64,000 bases of DNA. It comes from an uncultured bacterium (lineage in GTDB: Bacteria; UBP6; UBA1177; JAKLFG01). The stretch spans positions 1,027 through 65,026 of the forward strand of contig CALMRE010000243.1 in assembly GCA_937871295.1 (NCBI GenBank), given 5' to 3'. Both the position numbers and the translations under genes were made by a program. Below are positions 47,516-58,231 of the stretch, piece by piece (within the stretch, counting starts at the first letter, position 1; each line of letters starts with the position of its first letter). The notes under the pieces were generated by a model. That model worked only from the letters and a program-made list of their open reading frames with translations. It was not told the DNA's origin and did not search any database.

Positions 47516-48208
47516 ATGAAGAACCTGCGGAAGATGAACCCGACACCGCTGAAGAGACTTTTTCCGATCCTCCTGCTCCTGTTCCTCTGGGGGAATAGCG
47601 GCGCGGCCGAACTGGATCAGCTCGCCGGCTATCTGAAGGGAAAAAAGATAACGGTTGAAACACTTGAAAAGGACTACAGTTGTCATCCGCTCGACGATAC
47701 GCTCGAACGGGGCCTGCGGCAGGTGCGCGACCTAGAACGGGCGGTCCGTGACGCACGCGACAACACCCGTATCGCGGGGCTCTTCCCCAAATTCTCGGCG
47801 TGGGCGAAGTACCGCGAGGACGACCGGCTCTATCTCTATCAACAGAATAACATCAGCGTCGGCAAGGACTATATCACCGTCGGCCCCGACGATAACAACA
47901 CCACCATCGGCGATGTCAACGCCTTTGAGGTGGGCGGCAAGTTGGAGTTCGATCTCTCGCGGCTCCTCTACAATCCCGACCTCATCAAATTCAGCGATCA
48001 GGAGCAGAAACTGCACCACTTCCGGACCGAACTGGTCGAAAAGATGGTCTACGCTTATTATTATATAGCGGTGGTGAAGGCGCTGACGCTCAACGCCGTA
48101 GAGGTGCCGCCCGAGGTGATGCTACCGGCCGAGATCACGGCGAAGAAACTCGCCCAATGGTTCAAGGGACTTACCGAACTGAGGCTCGACCAATGCACCG
48201 CTCAGTAG
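47516..48208 (+). CDS. secreted hypothetical protein
   Basis: ATG at 47516, signal peptide LLLLFLWGNSGAA, 230 aa. Confidence 0.5.
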   Translation: MKNLRKMNPTPLKRLFPILLLLFLWGNSGAAELDQLAGYLKGKKITVETLEKDYSCHPLDDTLERGLRQVRDLERAVRDARDNTRIAGLFPKFSAWAKYREDDRLYLYQQNNISVGKDYITVGPDDNNTTIGDVNAFEVGGKLEFDLSRLLYNPDLIKFSDQEQKLHHFRTELVEKMVYAYYYIAVVKALTLNAVEVPPEVMLPAEITAKKLAQWFKGLTELRLDQCTAQ

Positions 48209-49572
48209 CGCTCCTTCTGGCGACGCTTTGGTGCTGTGTTGCCTGCGAAAAGTTCTCTCTGCCCAAGGATGAGTATACCTACTTCGAGGTGGTCGCCACG
48301 CCCGAAGAACGGGGCTGGTATCCCGAAGAGACGCTCTCGTTCACCTTCAGCGCCGCGCTGGACGCCGGTAGTCTTGCGGATGCCGTGACGATAGCATACG
48401 AGGGCGACCCGGTGCACGCGACCGCCGTGACGGCCGACGGCGACAAACTGCTGGTAAGCGGACTCCTTGCCGACGCGACGCTCACCCTCACCATCGAGAG
48501 CGCCCTCAAATCGGCCGACCATCAGCCGCTGGTCGCCAAGAACGACGAAGGCTACGGCTCGGAACCGCAGGTATTCCTCTTCACCATCGGCCCCGCCTTC
48601 CCGGCGGTGGCGCAGGTGCTCCCCGGCGACACGCTCCGCTCCGAGAATATCGCGCTCAAATTCACCGGCCCGGTCGACAGCGCAAAAATGACCGTCACCC
48701 CCAAACCGGTCGAAACGGTCGCGCAGGACGACGGCCTGCTCCTTTCGTTCTCCAGTGCGCCGGCAAAACTCACCATCGCCGGACTTGCCTCACCGCTCCG
48801 TCCCGGCACCGTCCCCGACATCACCCTTTCCTTTAATAATACCGCTCCCGCGTCGGCCGAACCGACCGTGACCGAAACAATACTCGACTCCGCCGTCTCG
48901 TTCACCATCGAAGGCGACGGGCTCGTCGCGGCGGCGCTGGACGATGCGCTCGCGGTGTGCGACGGCGACTGCACCCTCACCCGCGACGGACTCGATGCGG
49001 GCGCCGACTACTCGTTCGATCTGGTGCTCTACCGCACCGACGGCATCACGACCGTCACGCGGAATGTCTCCACCCTGCCGCCCGCGCCGCACATCATGAT
49101 CAGCGAGGTGATGCACACCCCGGCGGGCGAACCGGAGAAGAACTGGGAATTCGTCGAACTCTACAACTTCGGCACGCTCGATTTCGACCTCACCACCTGC
49201 ACGCTGGACGACCGTGCCGACGGCGCCGGAGAGGATCCGCTCGTCCCGCTCGTCGAGGGCGATGTCATCCTGAAGCCGGGCGAATACGCGATCATTCTCG
49301 GTAGCGAAAGCACGCTCCACCTCACCATCGATACCGATCCGCATGTCTACTTCGTCGACGATACGACGCTTGCCGACGGCGGCCTCACCTCGACCGAATC
49401 GGTGCAGATAAACTGCATCGTGAACGAGGCGATATCGCGCGAAGCCTATTACGACGGTCTGTTCAAAGGGGCCGACCGCGGGCAGTCGGTCGTTATCGAC
49501 ACCCAAGGCCGCGTCTGCGCCTCGGCGGAGCAGGGCGGCACACCGGGCGCGGCGGAAACCTGCCCGGAGTAA
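48193..49572 (+). CDS. lipoprotein with a lamin-tail domain (LTD)
   Basis: Lipobox LWCCVAC. IMISEVMHTPAGEPEKNWEFVELYNFGTLDFDLTTCTL matches the LTD signature (EFVELYN). Confidence 0.6.
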   Translation: MHRSVALLLATLWCCVACEKFSLPKDEYTYFEVVATPEERGWYPEETLSFTFSAALDAGSLADAVTIAYEGDPVHATAVTADGDKLLVSGLLADATLTLTIESALKSADHQPLVAKNDEGYGSEPQVFLFTIGPAFPAVAQVLPGDTLRSENIALKFTGPVDSAKMTVTPKPVETVAQDDGLLLSFSSAPAKLTIAGLASPLRPGTVPDITLSFNNTAPASAEPTVTETILDSAVSFTIEGDGLVAAALDDALAVCDGDCTLTRDGLDAGADYSFDLVLYRTDGITTVTRNVSTLPPAPHIMISEVMHTPAGEPEKNWEFVELYNFGTLDFDLTTCTLDDRADGAGEDPLVPLVEGDVILKPGEYAIILGSESTLHLTIDTDPHVYFVDDTTLADGGLTSTESVQINCIVNEAISREAYYDGLFKGADRGQSVVIDTQGRVCASAEQGGTPGAAETCPE

Positions 49573-49577
49573 ATAAG

Positions 49578-49593
49578 AGGTAATATATTACCT
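49578..49593. promoter_or_regulatory. 16-bp perfect palindrome AGGTAATATATTACCT between the LTD gene stop and hipB, either an operator or a weak terminator
   Basis: Perfect dyad. It is followed by TTTTATCT and lies 67 nt upstream of the hipB-like start. Confidence 0.4.
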
Positions 49594-49659
49594 TTTATCT
49601 TGCTATTTTATATTTAGCAGGTACTATATTAACTGTTATTGTTCGCATCAGGAACGGCG

Positions 49660-49971
49660 ATGCTCAAGACCGAAGTAACACTCAGAACGCCATCGGACAT
49701 AGCGCTTCATCTTGCCGAGAAATGTAAACGGCGAAGACTTTTTGAACGACTTTCCCGCAAAACGCTTGCCCGGCTTTCGGATGTCCCCGAAGAGACGATC
49801 AAGCGATTCGAACAAAGCGGGCGCATATCGCTCGAGTCACTTTTGAAGATCGCGTTCTCCCTGAACGCCCTTGTCCCCTTCGGTTCGCTTTTTGATCTGC
49901 CGGCGGCGCATAGCATGGCCGACCTTGAAAAGATGACCGAAAACCGCTTACCGCAACGCGGGAGACGCTGA
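49660..49971 (+). CDS. HipB-like XRE-family HTH antitoxin
   Basis: 103 aa. LSRKTLARLSDVPEETIKRFEQSGRISLESLLKI helix-turn-helix. Its stop is 2 nt before the hipA ATG. Confidence 0.65.
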   Translation: MLKTEVTLRTPSDIALHLAEKCKRRRLFERLSRKTLARLSDVPEETIKRFEQSGRISLESLLKIAFSLNALVPFGSLFDLPAAHSMADLEKMTENRLPQRGRR

Positions 49972-49973
49972 AC

Positions 49974-51197
49974 ATGAGAAAACTGCTCGTGAGCTACGCG
50001 CTCGACCCCCAGACACTTATTCCGGTCGGCCATCTGGCCGAGTCGGAGGGACGGGTGTTCTTTGAGTACGATCCTTCGTTCATCGAACGGGGCGTCGAAC
50101 TTTCGCCCTTCTTTCTGCCGCTCAAACCGGGACTCGTCGAACATACCGACCGGGGCTTCGGACCACTGTGGGGGGTATTCGACGATTCCCTTCCCGACGG
50201 CTGGGGGCTTTTGCTGATGGACCGCTATTTCCGGAAACGCGGACTCTCATTGCGGACCATTTCACCGCTCGACCGGCTCGCGTTCCTCGGTATGCGGACG
50301 ATGGGAGCGCTCACCTATCACCCACCGGCGGAACGCGACGAAGAGACCCACCGGACGCTTGATCTGCAAGAACTCGCGGAACAGTCGCTGAAGATACTGA
50401 ACGGCGAAGAATCGGTCGTTCTCTCTCAACTTCTCGCCGCCGGCGGCAGTCCCGGCGGAGCGCGGCCGAAGGTGCTCGTCGGCTATGACCCCCGAAAAAA
50501 AGCGTTGCTGTCGGGAGAAGCTCTTCTGCCGGAGGGGTATGAACACTGGCTGGTGAAATTCGGGGCGAAAGAGGACCCGGCCGATAGCGCGGCGATAGAA
50601 TTTGCCTATGCGCTGATGGCGCGCACCGCCGGTATCGCGTTGCCCGAGACGCGACTCTTAAGCGGAGGCAGAACGGAACGCTATTTCGGTAGCAAGCGCT
50701 TCGATCGCGATGCGCGGAACCGCCGTTACCACATACATACTTTCGGGAATCTGGTCCACGCCGACTTCCGCATACCATCGGTCGATTACACCGAACTTCT
50801 GCGGGTCACCGCCCTCATGACGCGTGATCAGAGCGCCGTCCGTGAGATGTTCCGCCGGATGGTGTTCAATGTCTTGGCCCACAACCGCGATGACCATGTG
50901 AAAAATTTCTCGTTCATGCTCGACCTTGATCAACCCGGCTGGCGCGTGTCGCCCGCCTACGACCTCACTTTCGCCGAAGGACCGGGAGGCGAGCACAGCA
51001 TGAGTGTCGACGGCAACGGAAAAGCTCCGGGGGTGCCGGACATTTTCCGGGTCGCCGAAAAAAGCGGCATCGGGAAGGCGGTCGCACGCCGTATCGTCGA
51101 TGAGGTGGCGGCGGCGGTCGGGCAATGGGCGCGGTTCGCCGACGAGGCGGGCGTCTCCAAAGGTTCAATGAAGAACATCGCCAAGTACTTGCAGTAA
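49974..51197 (+). CDS. hipA: HipA-family serine/threonine kinase toxin
   Basis: P-loop-like GGSPGGARPKVLV and catalytic loop LAHNRDDHVKNFSFMLD, which is the HipA D-x-H-x-K-N motif. Confidence 0.8.
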   Translation: MRKLLVSYALDPQTLIPVGHLAESEGRVFFEYDPSFIERGVELSPFFLPLKPGLVEHTDRGFGPLWGVFDDSLPDGWGLLLMDRYFRKRGLSLRTISPLDRLAFLGMRTMGALTYHPPAERDEETHRTLDLQELAEQSLKILNGEESVVLSQLLAAGGSPGGARPKVLVGYDPRKKALLSGEALLPEGYEHWLVKFGAKEDPADSAAIEFAYALMARTAGIALPETRLLSGGRTERYFGSKRFDRDARNRRYHIHTFGNLVHADFRIPSVDYTELLRVTALMTRDQSAVREMFRRMVFNVLAHNRDDHVKNFSFMLDLDQPGWRVSPAYDLTFAEGPGGEHSMSVDGNGKAPGVPDIFRVAEKSGIGKAVARRIVDEVAAAVGQWARFADEAGVSKGSMKNIAKYLQ

Positions 51198-51259
51198 ACT
51201 TCTTGCCTTAGATATCGCCGGTGCTATAATCACGGCATCGTCCTTTTGTACTAGGAGAC

Positions 51260-51910
51260 ATGATGGAAGATCGATCCGAAGACAAACGCAATCGCGGTAA
51301 GACATTTTTATATCTGGTTCTCTGTGTCATTTTCTTTCTTGGTGTCTATTTTCTCTTTTTTACCGAAAAAGATAGAATCATCAGCGCAGTTAGGAGAGGC
51401 GATGTTCAGACGATCAAGGCAATGTTAGAAAGCGGGACTGACCCCAATACAATATATACGCCTTTTTTGGGAACGATTACGAAGAAACAGTATCTTGAAA
51501 AGAACTTCTCATTACTAATTTTGGCTATAAGGAACAATAATAACACTTACGAAACAACGAAAGTTCTGCTGGAACATGGAGCCTCCATAGCTAACACTAA
51601 ATCCCCAGGTAGTTCCATTTTGTACTTTGCCTTTGCCAATCTCGATGTGGTCAAGTTGTTGGTGTCATACAATGCCGATCCTTTGATGAAAGATAGGCAT
51701 GGTAACAATTTATTACATGTGATGCCATGGAATCTAGCTCAATTTCCGGAACAACTTAAGGTTGCGAAGTATTATATCGACGCAGGTGTCGATCCTTTTT
51801 CTAAAAACAATTCCGGGCAAGAAGCATTGGCCAGATTAAAAGAAATGCATGCGCAGGCACATCAAATGTTGCTGGATTATATAGCAAGCAAGAAAGGCAC
51901 CGCAAAATGA
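51260..51910 (+). CDS. ankyrin-repeat protein with an N-terminal TM helix, in markedly AT-rich DNA
   Basis: 2 to 3 ANK-like repeats (KLLVSYNADPLMKDRHGNNLLHV; YYIDAGVDPFSKNNSGQEAL). Its GC content is visibly far below that of its neighbours. Confidence 0.6.
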   Translation: MMEDRSEDKRNRGKTFLYLVLCVIFFLGVYFLFFTEKDRIISAVRRGDVQTIKAMLESGTDPNTIYTPFLGTITKKQYLEKNFSLLILAIRNNNNTYETTKVLLEHGASIANTKSPGSSILYFAFANLDVVKLLVSYNADPLMKDRHGNNLLHVMPWNLAQFPEQLKVAKYYIDAGVDPFSKNNSGQEALARLKEMHAQAHQMLLDYIASKKGTAK

Positions 51911-52001
51911 ATTGCTTTCATCCCCGGCGGTAGTGAACCGTCCAGCGGCCGCCGCGATGAAGTCACACCTTGCATGACGAAGCGCCCGCTTCAAAAAAAA
52001 C

Positions 52002-52029
52002 TTGATTTTTGTCCTACCCTCAATACAGT
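52002..52029 (+). promoter_or_regulatory. putative sigma70 promoter of the tRNA operon
   Basis: TTGATT, a 16-nt spacer, then TACAGT, with an upstream A8 tract. The -10 ends 13 nt before tRNA-Pro. Confidence 0.35.
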
Positions 52030-52042
52030 CGAGCCCGCTACA

Positions 52043-52119
52043 CGGGGTGTAGCTCAGCTGGCTAGAGTGCTTGCTTTGGGAGCAAGTGGCCGGAGGTTCA
52101 AGTCCTCTCACCCCGACCA
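52043..52119 (+). tRNA. tRNA-Pro (anticodon TGG)
   Basis: Cloverleaf with acceptor CGGGGTG/CACCCCG, anticodon loop TTTGGGA, and an encoded CCA. Confidence 0.85.
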
Positions 52120-52122
52120 GCT

Positions 52123-52199
52123 GTGCCCGTAGCTCAGTTGGATAGAGCAACTGACTTCTAATCAGTAGGCCAGAGGTTCGATTCCTCTCGGGCACGCCA
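52123..52199 (+). tRNA. tRNA-Arg (anticodon TCT)
   Basis: Acceptor GTGCCCG/CGGGCAC, anticodon loop CTTCTAA, and an encoded CCA. Confidence 0.85.
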
Positions 52200-52224
52200 G
52201 GTTGTTTTTTCACATTGCGAGTAT

Positions 52225-52300
52225 GGTGGGTGTAGTTCAATGGTAGAGCACCGGATTGTGATTCCGGGCGTTGTGGGTTCGAGTCCCATTACCCACCCCA
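52225..52300 (+). tRNA. tRNA-His (anticodon GTG)
   Basis: Extra G at -1, anticodon loop TTGTGAT, discriminator C, and an encoded CCA. Confidence 0.85.
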
Positions 52301-52308
52301 TTTTTGGT

Positions 52309-52384
52309 GGGCCCTTAGCTCAGTTGGTAGAGCAACTGACTCTTAATCAGTGGGTCGAAGGTTCGAATCCTTCAGGGCCTACCA
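52309..52384 (+). tRNA. tRNA-Lys (anticodon CTT)
   Basis: Acceptor GGGCCCT/AGGGCCT, anticodon loop CTCTTAA, and an encoded CCA. Confidence 0.85.
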
Positions 52385-52444
52385 TCCATATTTCAAGCGT
52401 ACATTCCCCATCGATAGATACCGAACGGCAAAAATTCGGTCGTT

Positions 52445-52529
52445 GCGAGAGTGGCGGAATTGGCAGACGCACTGGACTTAGGATCCAGCGGGTAACACCT
52501 TGGGGGTTCGACTCCCCCCCCTCGCACCA
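52445..52529 (+). tRNA. tRNA-Leu (anticodon TAG), class II with a long variable arm
   Basis: GCGAGAGTGGCGGAATTGGCAGACGC 5' end, anticodon loop CTTAGGA, a long extra arm, and an encoded CCA. Confidence 0.85.
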
Positions 52530-52627
52530 ACTTTTTCAATTGGTGGAATATGTTGCGCTCCGAACCGTTTTTAGTAGGATGTCTCGCGCGCATGTGTGGA
52601 TAATGTAGACTATATCACGAGGAACTC

Positions 52628-53899
52628 ATGGATCACAAGATCACTCACTTGAGCAGTGTGGAAAAAGAGCTCACCGTCACCTTCACCGTTGAAGAGGTCG
52701 CCGAACAACTGGGCACCGCCTTCAAGCGCCTCTCGGCCACGGCGCAGGTCAAGGGTTTCCGCCCCGGCAAGGTGCCGATGCAGGTCATCAAGCAGTTCTA
52801 CGGCAAGAGCGTCAAGGAGGATGCCGAACAGTATTTCATCGGGACCGGCATACAGGAGACGATAACGAAGGAAAAACTGCGCCTCATCCGCTATCCGCTG
52901 GTGAGCCATAAGGACGAAGCGGCCGAAGGGAAAGCGTTCTCCTTCACCTTCCGCGTCGAGACCTTCCCCGATATCACGGTCGCGCCGAAGGAATACTCCA
53001 TCGAGTTCGTCGCGGCCGAGTTCAAGCAGGAAATGCTTGATGAGGAGCTGAACGGCTTCCGCCGCCGCCACACCGCCTTCACGGCGGTCGAGAGGCCCGC
53101 CCAGAACGGCGACCGGGTCACGGTCAACTTCACCGGCACCATCGGCGGCGTCGCGGTTGACGGCGTGACGGGTACTGCCGTCCCGGTCATACTCGGCGAG
53201 AAGAACTTCCTCCCCGCCTTCGAGGAGGCGCTCATGGGCCGCAAAGCGGGCGAGAAACTGAACACCCCCATCCCCTTCCCCGAGAACTACCATTCGAAGG
53301 AACTGGCCGGCAAGACGGTCGACTTCGCGATAGAGATAACAACCGTTGAGGAGTCGAACACGCCCGAGCTGACCGACGAGTTCATGGCCGAAAAGGGCGA
53401 CGGGGTCAAGACGGTGGCCGAGTTCACGCACAAGACGCGCGAACGGATCGAGAGTTACCTTGAGGATATCAACCGCGAGAATAAGCGCTACCTGCTGGTC
53501 GACCGCTATGTGCACGATCATGATTTCGAGGTGCCGCGCTCCTTCCTCGAGTCGGAGATCGCCGCCCGCGAGGCCGACCATCGCAAACAGCACCCCGAAG
53601 CCGAGATAACGCCCGAGGAAAAGGATAAACTGCGCGCCGACGCCACGTGGGTCGCCAAGCGCTTTATCCTCATCTCGCAACTCGCCAACGATCTCGCGAT
53701 AGAGGTCACCGAAGAGAAACTCGACGCCGAACTGCAGAAAGAGGCGGCGCGCTACAATATCCCGCTCGAATACTACAAGCGCTATTTCAACGAGGATAAA
53801 CTCGAAGAGAAGAAGCTCTCCCTCCGGGAACAGCTGGTCATCGACCGGCTGATGGAGAAGGCGGCGTTCATCAAGAAAGCGGCCGACGAGAAGAAATAG
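52628..53899 (+). CDS. tig: trigger factor
   Basis: 423 aa with ribosome-binding N-terminus, PPIase and C-terminal arms. GFRPGKVP is the trigger-factor signature. Confidence 0.9.
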   Translation: MDHKITHLSSVEKELTVTFTVEEVAEQLGTAFKRLSATAQVKGFRPGKVPMQVIKQFYGKSVKEDAEQYFIGTGIQETITKEKLRLIRYPLVSHKDEAAEGKAFSFTFRVETFPDITVAPKEYSIEFVAAEFKQEMLDEELNGFRRRHTAFTAVERPAQNGDRVTVNFTGTIGGVAVDGVTGTAVPVILGEKNFLPAFEEALMGRKAGEKLNTPIPFPENYHSKELAGKTVDFAIEITTVEESNTPELTDEFMAEKGDGVKTVAEFTHKTRERIESYLEDINRENKRYLLVDRYVHDHDFEVPRSFLESEIAAREADHRKQHPEAEITPEEKDKLRADATWVAKRFILISQLANDLAIEVTEEKLDAELQKEAARYNIPLEYYKRYFNEDKLEEKKLSLREQLVIDRLMEKAAFIKKAADEKK

Positions 53900-53918
53900 G
53901 GAGAACAGGGAGGATACC

Positions 53919-54518
53919 ATGACCAAACGACCGCTCGCATCGCTCATACCGATCGTCGTCGAGAAGGAAGGACAGTCCGAACGGGCCTATGACATCTATT
54001 CGCGGCTCCTCAAGGACCGCATCATTTTCCTCGGCGGCGAGGTCTCCGACGATATGGCCGATCTCATCGTCGCCGAACTGCTGTTCCTCGAATCGCAGGA
54101 CCCGGCGCAGGATATCCAACTCTACATCAACAGCCCGGGCGGCTCGGTCACCGCGGGTCTGGCCATCTACGACACGATGCAGTACGTCAAGCCCGATGTG
54201 GCGACCATCTGCATCGGACAGGCGGCCTCGATGGGTGCGCTGCTGCTCACGGCGGGCGCGCCGGGGAAACGGTTCTCGCTGCCCAACTCGCGCATCATGA
54301 TCCACCAGCCGCTCGGCGGTTTCCGCGGTCAGGCGACCGACATCGAGATACACGCCAAGGAGATACTTTCGCTCAAAGAACGGCTCATCGATATCATGGC
54401 CAAGCACACCGGCGCCGAGAAGAAGAATCTGCGCAAGGATATGGAGCGCGACTACTTCCTGTCGGCCGACGAGGCGAAGAACTACGGCATCATCGACAGC
54501 GTGATCGTGAAGAAATGA
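53919..54518 (+). CDS. clpP: ATP-dependent Clp protease proteolytic subunit
   Basis: Catalytic GQAASMGA (Ser), IMIHQP (His), and ERDYF... (Asp) region. Confidence 0.95.
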   Translation: MTKRPLASLIPIVVEKEGQSERAYDIYSRLLKDRIIFLGGEVSDDMADLIVAELLFLESQDPAQDIQLYINSPGGSVTAGLAIYDTMQYVKPDVATICIGQAASMGALLLTAGAPGKRFSLPNSRIMIHQPLGGFRGQATDIEIHAKEILSLKERLIDIMAKHTGAEKKNLRKDMERDYFLSADEAKNYGIIDSVIVKK

Positions 54519-55783
54519 CCGAACGCGGCAAAAAAGAAGAGCGCGTCAAGTGCTCCTTCTGCGGTAAAACGCAGACCGAGATAGGCTCCGGCGGCAAGAT
54601 CATCGCCGGGCCGGGCGTCTACATCTGCAGCGACTGCGTGGTGCTCTGCGGCGAGATCGTTCACGACACCGACGAACCGGCCTTCCCGGCCGCCGCCGGC
54701 GTGCCGATACCGTCGCAGATAAAGGGGGAACTCGACCGCTACGTCATCGGACAGGACTACGCGAAGAAAGTGCTGTCGGTGGCGGTCCACAATCACTACA
54801 AACGGGTGAACGCCGCCCCGGCCCAGAAGCCCGATGTCGAGATCCAGAAAAGCAACATCATGCTGGTGGGACCGACCGGCTGCGGCAAGACGCTGCTGGC
54901 CCGGACGCTCGCCCAGATGCTCAAGGTCCCCTTCGCCATCGCCGACGCAACGACGCTGACCGAGGCGGGCTATGTGGGCGAGGATGTCGAGAACATCCTG
55001 CTGATGCTCCTGCAGAACTGCGGGTTCGACCTCGAGCGGGCATCTAAAGGCATCGTCTACATCGACGAGATAGACAAGATAACGCGCAAGTCCGACAGCC
55101 CCTCGATCACCCGCGATGTCAGCGGCGAAGGGGTCCAGCAGGCGCTTCTCAAGATCATCGAGGGGACCGTCGCCAGCGTCCCGCCGACCGGCGGCCGCAA
55201 ACACCCGCATCAGGAATACATCAAACTCGACACGAGCAATATCCTCTTCATTGCGGGCGGCGCCTTCGTGGGGCTCGACGATATCATCAGCCGCCGCATC
55301 GGCCAGACGCGCGTCGGCTTCGGCACCGACGCGAAGAAGAACGCCGCCGATCCGCGCAAACTGCTCGAACACATACAGCCCGAAGATCTGCTGAAATACG
55401 GCCTCATTCCCGAATTCATCGGCCGCTTCCCGGTAGTGGGCCACCTGCATGAACTCGACGAGACCGATCTCCTGCGCATCCTCACCGAACCGAAGAACGC
55501 GCTGATAAAACAGTACAAGGCGCTCTTCCGGATGGACGATATCGCCCTCACGGTCCGCGAGGACGCCCTGCAGGAGATCGTGAAACGCACCGTGTCGCTC
55601 AAGACCGGGGCGCGCGGCCTGCGCCGGACGCTCGAGAAGACGATGCTCGACATCATGTTCACCGCCCCCGAGGAGAAGGAGAGCGTCAAGGAGATCGTCA
55701 TCACCCGGGGCGTGGTCGCCGCCGGCGAGGAACCGCTCCGGATACTGCGCAAGAACGCCAAGGCGAAAGAGGAGGGAGCGTGA
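54515..55783 (+). CDS. clpX: ATP-dependent Clp protease ATP-binding subunit ClpX
   Basis: Zinc-binding CSFCGK...CSDC N-domain, Walker A GPTGCGKT, and IYIDEIDKI. Confidence 0.95.
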   Translation: MTERGKKEERVKCSFCGKTQTEIGSGGKIIAGPGVYICSDCVVLCGEIVHDTDEPAFPAAAGVPIPSQIKGELDRYVIGQDYAKKVLSVAVHNHYKRVNAAPAQKPDVEIQKSNIMLVGPTGCGKTLLARTLAQMLKVPFAIADATTLTEAGYVGEDVENILLMLLQNCGFDLERASKGIVYIDEIDKITRKSDSPSITRDVSGEGVQQALLKIIEGTVASVPPTGGRKHPHQEYIKLDTSNILFIAGGAFVGLDDIISRRIGQTRVGFGTDAKKNAADPRKLLEHIQPEDLLKYGLIPEFIGRFPVVGHLHELDETDLLRILTEPKNALIKQYKALFRMDDIALTVREDALQEIVKRTVSLKTGARGLRRTLEKTMLDIMFTAPEEKESVKEIVITRGVVAAGEEPLRILRKNAKAKEEGA

Positions 55784-58185
55784 TGGCCCCCGACACGACC
55801 CGTTCGGTGCCGCTCCTGCCGCTGCGCGATGCGGTGGTCTTCCCGACCGCGAACGTCACCTTCAAGGTAGGCCGCGAATTCTCCAAGCGGGCCATTGAGC
55901 AGGCGCTGCGCGAGCCCGACAAACGACTGGCGGTGGTGTCCCAGAAGAACCCGGAGGTCGAAAATCCGGCGCCGGCCGATCTGCACGAGGTGGGGACGCT
56001 CTGTACCATCATTCAGGTCATCGAAGGACCGGGCGGCGTCTACCATGTTTTCCTCGAAGGGCTGTCGCGGGTCCGCATACTCGAGGCGAGCGCGGCCCAG
56101 ATCTGCCTGCGGGCGGCGGTCGAGCAGTTCGCGACCGAACCGGGACGGAAGAAGGAGGTGGCGAAACTCCGCGCCATACTCGAATCGACCCTCATCGAAC
56201 TGACCGACGGCCGCGAACAGCAGCCGCGCGACATGGTGCAGGAAACGCTCGCCGTCGAGGACGATGAACGGTTCCTCGATCAGGTGACGGCGCTGTTCGT
56301 CGGACAGAAACTCGAGGATCATCAGCGGCTGCTCGCGACCGCCGCGCTCGAGAAGCGCTACCAGCAGGTGATCGCCGCGCTCAAGATGGAACTCGAACTG
56401 CGGGCGATGGAGGAACGGATCGAGGACAATGTCCGCAAGAAGATGGAGAACACGCAGAAGGAATACTATCTCAACGAGCGCAAGACCGCGATAGAGAACG
56501 AACTGCGCGGCAAGGACGCACCGCAGGGAGGCGGACCGCGCGACAAGCAGTCGGACGACGACCTCCTGCGCCAGCGTATCAAGAATTTCGAGGCGCCGGA
56601 ACACGTGCTGGAAAAACTGCGCGAGGAGTTCGACCGCTACCAACTGCTGCCGCCGATGAGTTCGGAATCGAGCGTCGTGCGGATGTACCTCGACACCCTC
56701 CTGACCCTGCCGTGGCGCCGGAAAAGCGACGCGGTCATCGACATCAGGCGGGCCGAGGCGGTGCTGGAGAACGACCATTTCGGGCTCGACGACATCAAGA
56801 AACGGATACTCGAATATCTCGCGGTGCTGAAACTTTCCGACACGCTCAAGGCGCCGATCATCTGTCTGGTCGGTCCCCCCGGCGTCGGCAAGACCTCCAT
56901 CGCTGCATCCATCGCCCGCGCCACGGGACGGCAGTTCATCCGCACCTCGCTGGGCGGCGTCCGCGACGAGGCGGAGATACGGGGACACCGCCGCACCTAC
57001 ATCGGTTCGATGCCGGGACGGATCATCCAGTCGATCCGCAAGGCGAAGGTGCTTAATCCGCTGTTCCTGCTCGACGAACTCGACAAATTGGGCAACGACT
57101 ACAAGGGCGATCCGGCCGCCGCGCTGCTCGAGGTGCTCGACCCGGAGCAGAACCACGCCTTCATGGATCACTATGTCGATCTCGAATTCGATCTCTCGCA
57201 GGTGCTGTTCGTAGCGACCGCCAACGACGAATCGGCCATCCCGCGCGCCCTGCACGACCGGCTCGAGATACTCCGCATCGAGGGCTACACCTACTTCGAG
57301 AAGAAACATATCGCCCGCAAGTTCCTGCTGGAGAAACAGAAGAAACTGAACGGCCTCTCCGATGTCGATATACGCCTGACCGAACCGGCGCTCGCGCGGC
57401 TCATCGACGCCCACACCTCCGAAGCGGGGGTACGCGAACTGGAGCGCAAACTGTCGGCCATCTGCCGCCGCATCGCGCTGGAACGCGTCAAGAAAGACAA
57501 GCCCGCCGCCGCCTGCCGCATCACCGAAAAGAACCTCGAGACCTATCTCGGTCCCGATATCTACAATCCCCGGAAAGAGGCGGGCCGGGGAGAGATCGGC
57601 GTGGTCAACGGGCTCGCCTGGACCCCCTACGGAGGCACGGTGCTCACCATCGAGGCGGTCCGGTACGAGGGAAAGGGAAATCACCGGATAACGGGGAGCC
57701 TCGGCGAGGTGATGAAGGAATCGGTCAGCATCGCGGCGAGTCTGGTGCGCGCGAACGGCGCCGCGCTCAAGATACCCGATGAACTCTGGGAAAAGACCGA
57801 CCTGCACATCCATTTTCCCGAAGGGGCCGTACCCAAAGACGGTCCGTCCGCCGGACTCGCCATATCGCTCGCCATCGCGTCGGTGATGACCGGCATACCG
57901 GTCAAACAGGGGATCGCCATGACCGGCGAGGTGACCCTGCGCGGGAATGTCCTGCGCATCGGCGGCCTGCAGGCGAAACTCATGGCGGCGAAAAAGGCGG
58001 GCATCAAAACCGTCCACATACCGAAAGACAACGTCCCCGAACTGGCCAAGATACCGCAAGAGATAAAGAACGGCCTCCATATCCTTCCGGTGGAACAGGC
58101 CGAGACGCTCATACGCGAGAGCCTCGCCTCCGGCGACCGCGCGCCGCATACGCGGTTCGAGGAACGGACGGCGACCCCGCAGTGA
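55780..58185 (+). CDS. lon: Lon protease
   Basis: LON N-domain, Walker [10 protein letters not shown], and protease domain DGPSAG...[11 protein letters not shown] carrying the catalytic Ser/Lys. Confidence 0.95.
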   Translation: MMAPDTTRSVPLLPLRDAVVFPTANVTFKVGREFSKRAIEQALREPDKRLAVVSQKNPEVENPAPADLHEVGTLCTIIQVIEGPGGVYHVFLEGLSRVRILEASAAQICLRAAVEQFATEPGRKKEVAKLRAILESTLIELTDGREQQPRDMVQETLAVEDDERFLDQVTALFVGQKLEDHQRLLATAALEKRYQQVIAALKMELELRAMEERIEDNVRKKMENTQKEYYLNERKTAIENELRGKDAPQGGGPRDKQSDDDLLRQRIKNFEAPEHVLEKLREEFDRYQLLPPMSSESSVVRMYLDTLLTLPWRRKSDAVIDIRRAEAVLENDHFGLDDIKKRILEYLAVLKLSDTLKAPIICLVGPPGVGKTSIAASIARATGRQFIRTSLGGVRDEAEIRGHRRTYIGSMPGRIIQSIRKAKVLNPLFLLDELDKLGNDYKGDPAAALLEVLDPEQNHAFMDHYVDLEFDLSQVLFVATANDESAIPRALHDRLEILRIEGYTYFEKKHIARKFLLEKQKKLNGLSDVDIRLTEPALARLIDAHTSEAGVRELERKLSAICRRIALERVKKDKPAAACRITEKNLETYLGPDIYNPRKEAGRGEIGVVNGLAWTPYGGTVLTIEAVRYEGKGNHRITGSLGEVMKESVSIAASLVRANGAALKIPDELWEKTDLHIHFPEGAVPKDGPSAGLAISLAIASVMTGIPVKQGIAMTGEVTLRGNVLRIGGLQAKLMAAKKAGIKTVHIPKDNVPELAKIPQEIKNGLHILPVEQAETLIRESLASGDRAPHTRFEERTATPQ

Positions 58186-58203
58186 AAAAAGAGGATAAAA
58201 TAC

Positions 58204-58231
58204 TTGACAGAGAGCGGGCGGGCGATATGAT
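58204..58231 (+). promoter_or_regulatory. putative sigma70 promoter of rho, with a leader of about 150 nt
   Basis: TTGACA at 58204-58209, a 16-nt spacer, then TATGAT at 58226-58231. Confidence 0.4.

Noticed and set aside
47263-47598. 111-aa ORF upstream of and overlapping the gene at 47516-48208
   Set aside because: No SD and no motifs. It overlaps a better-supported signal-peptide gene in another frame and is probably 5' UTR or promoter DNA.
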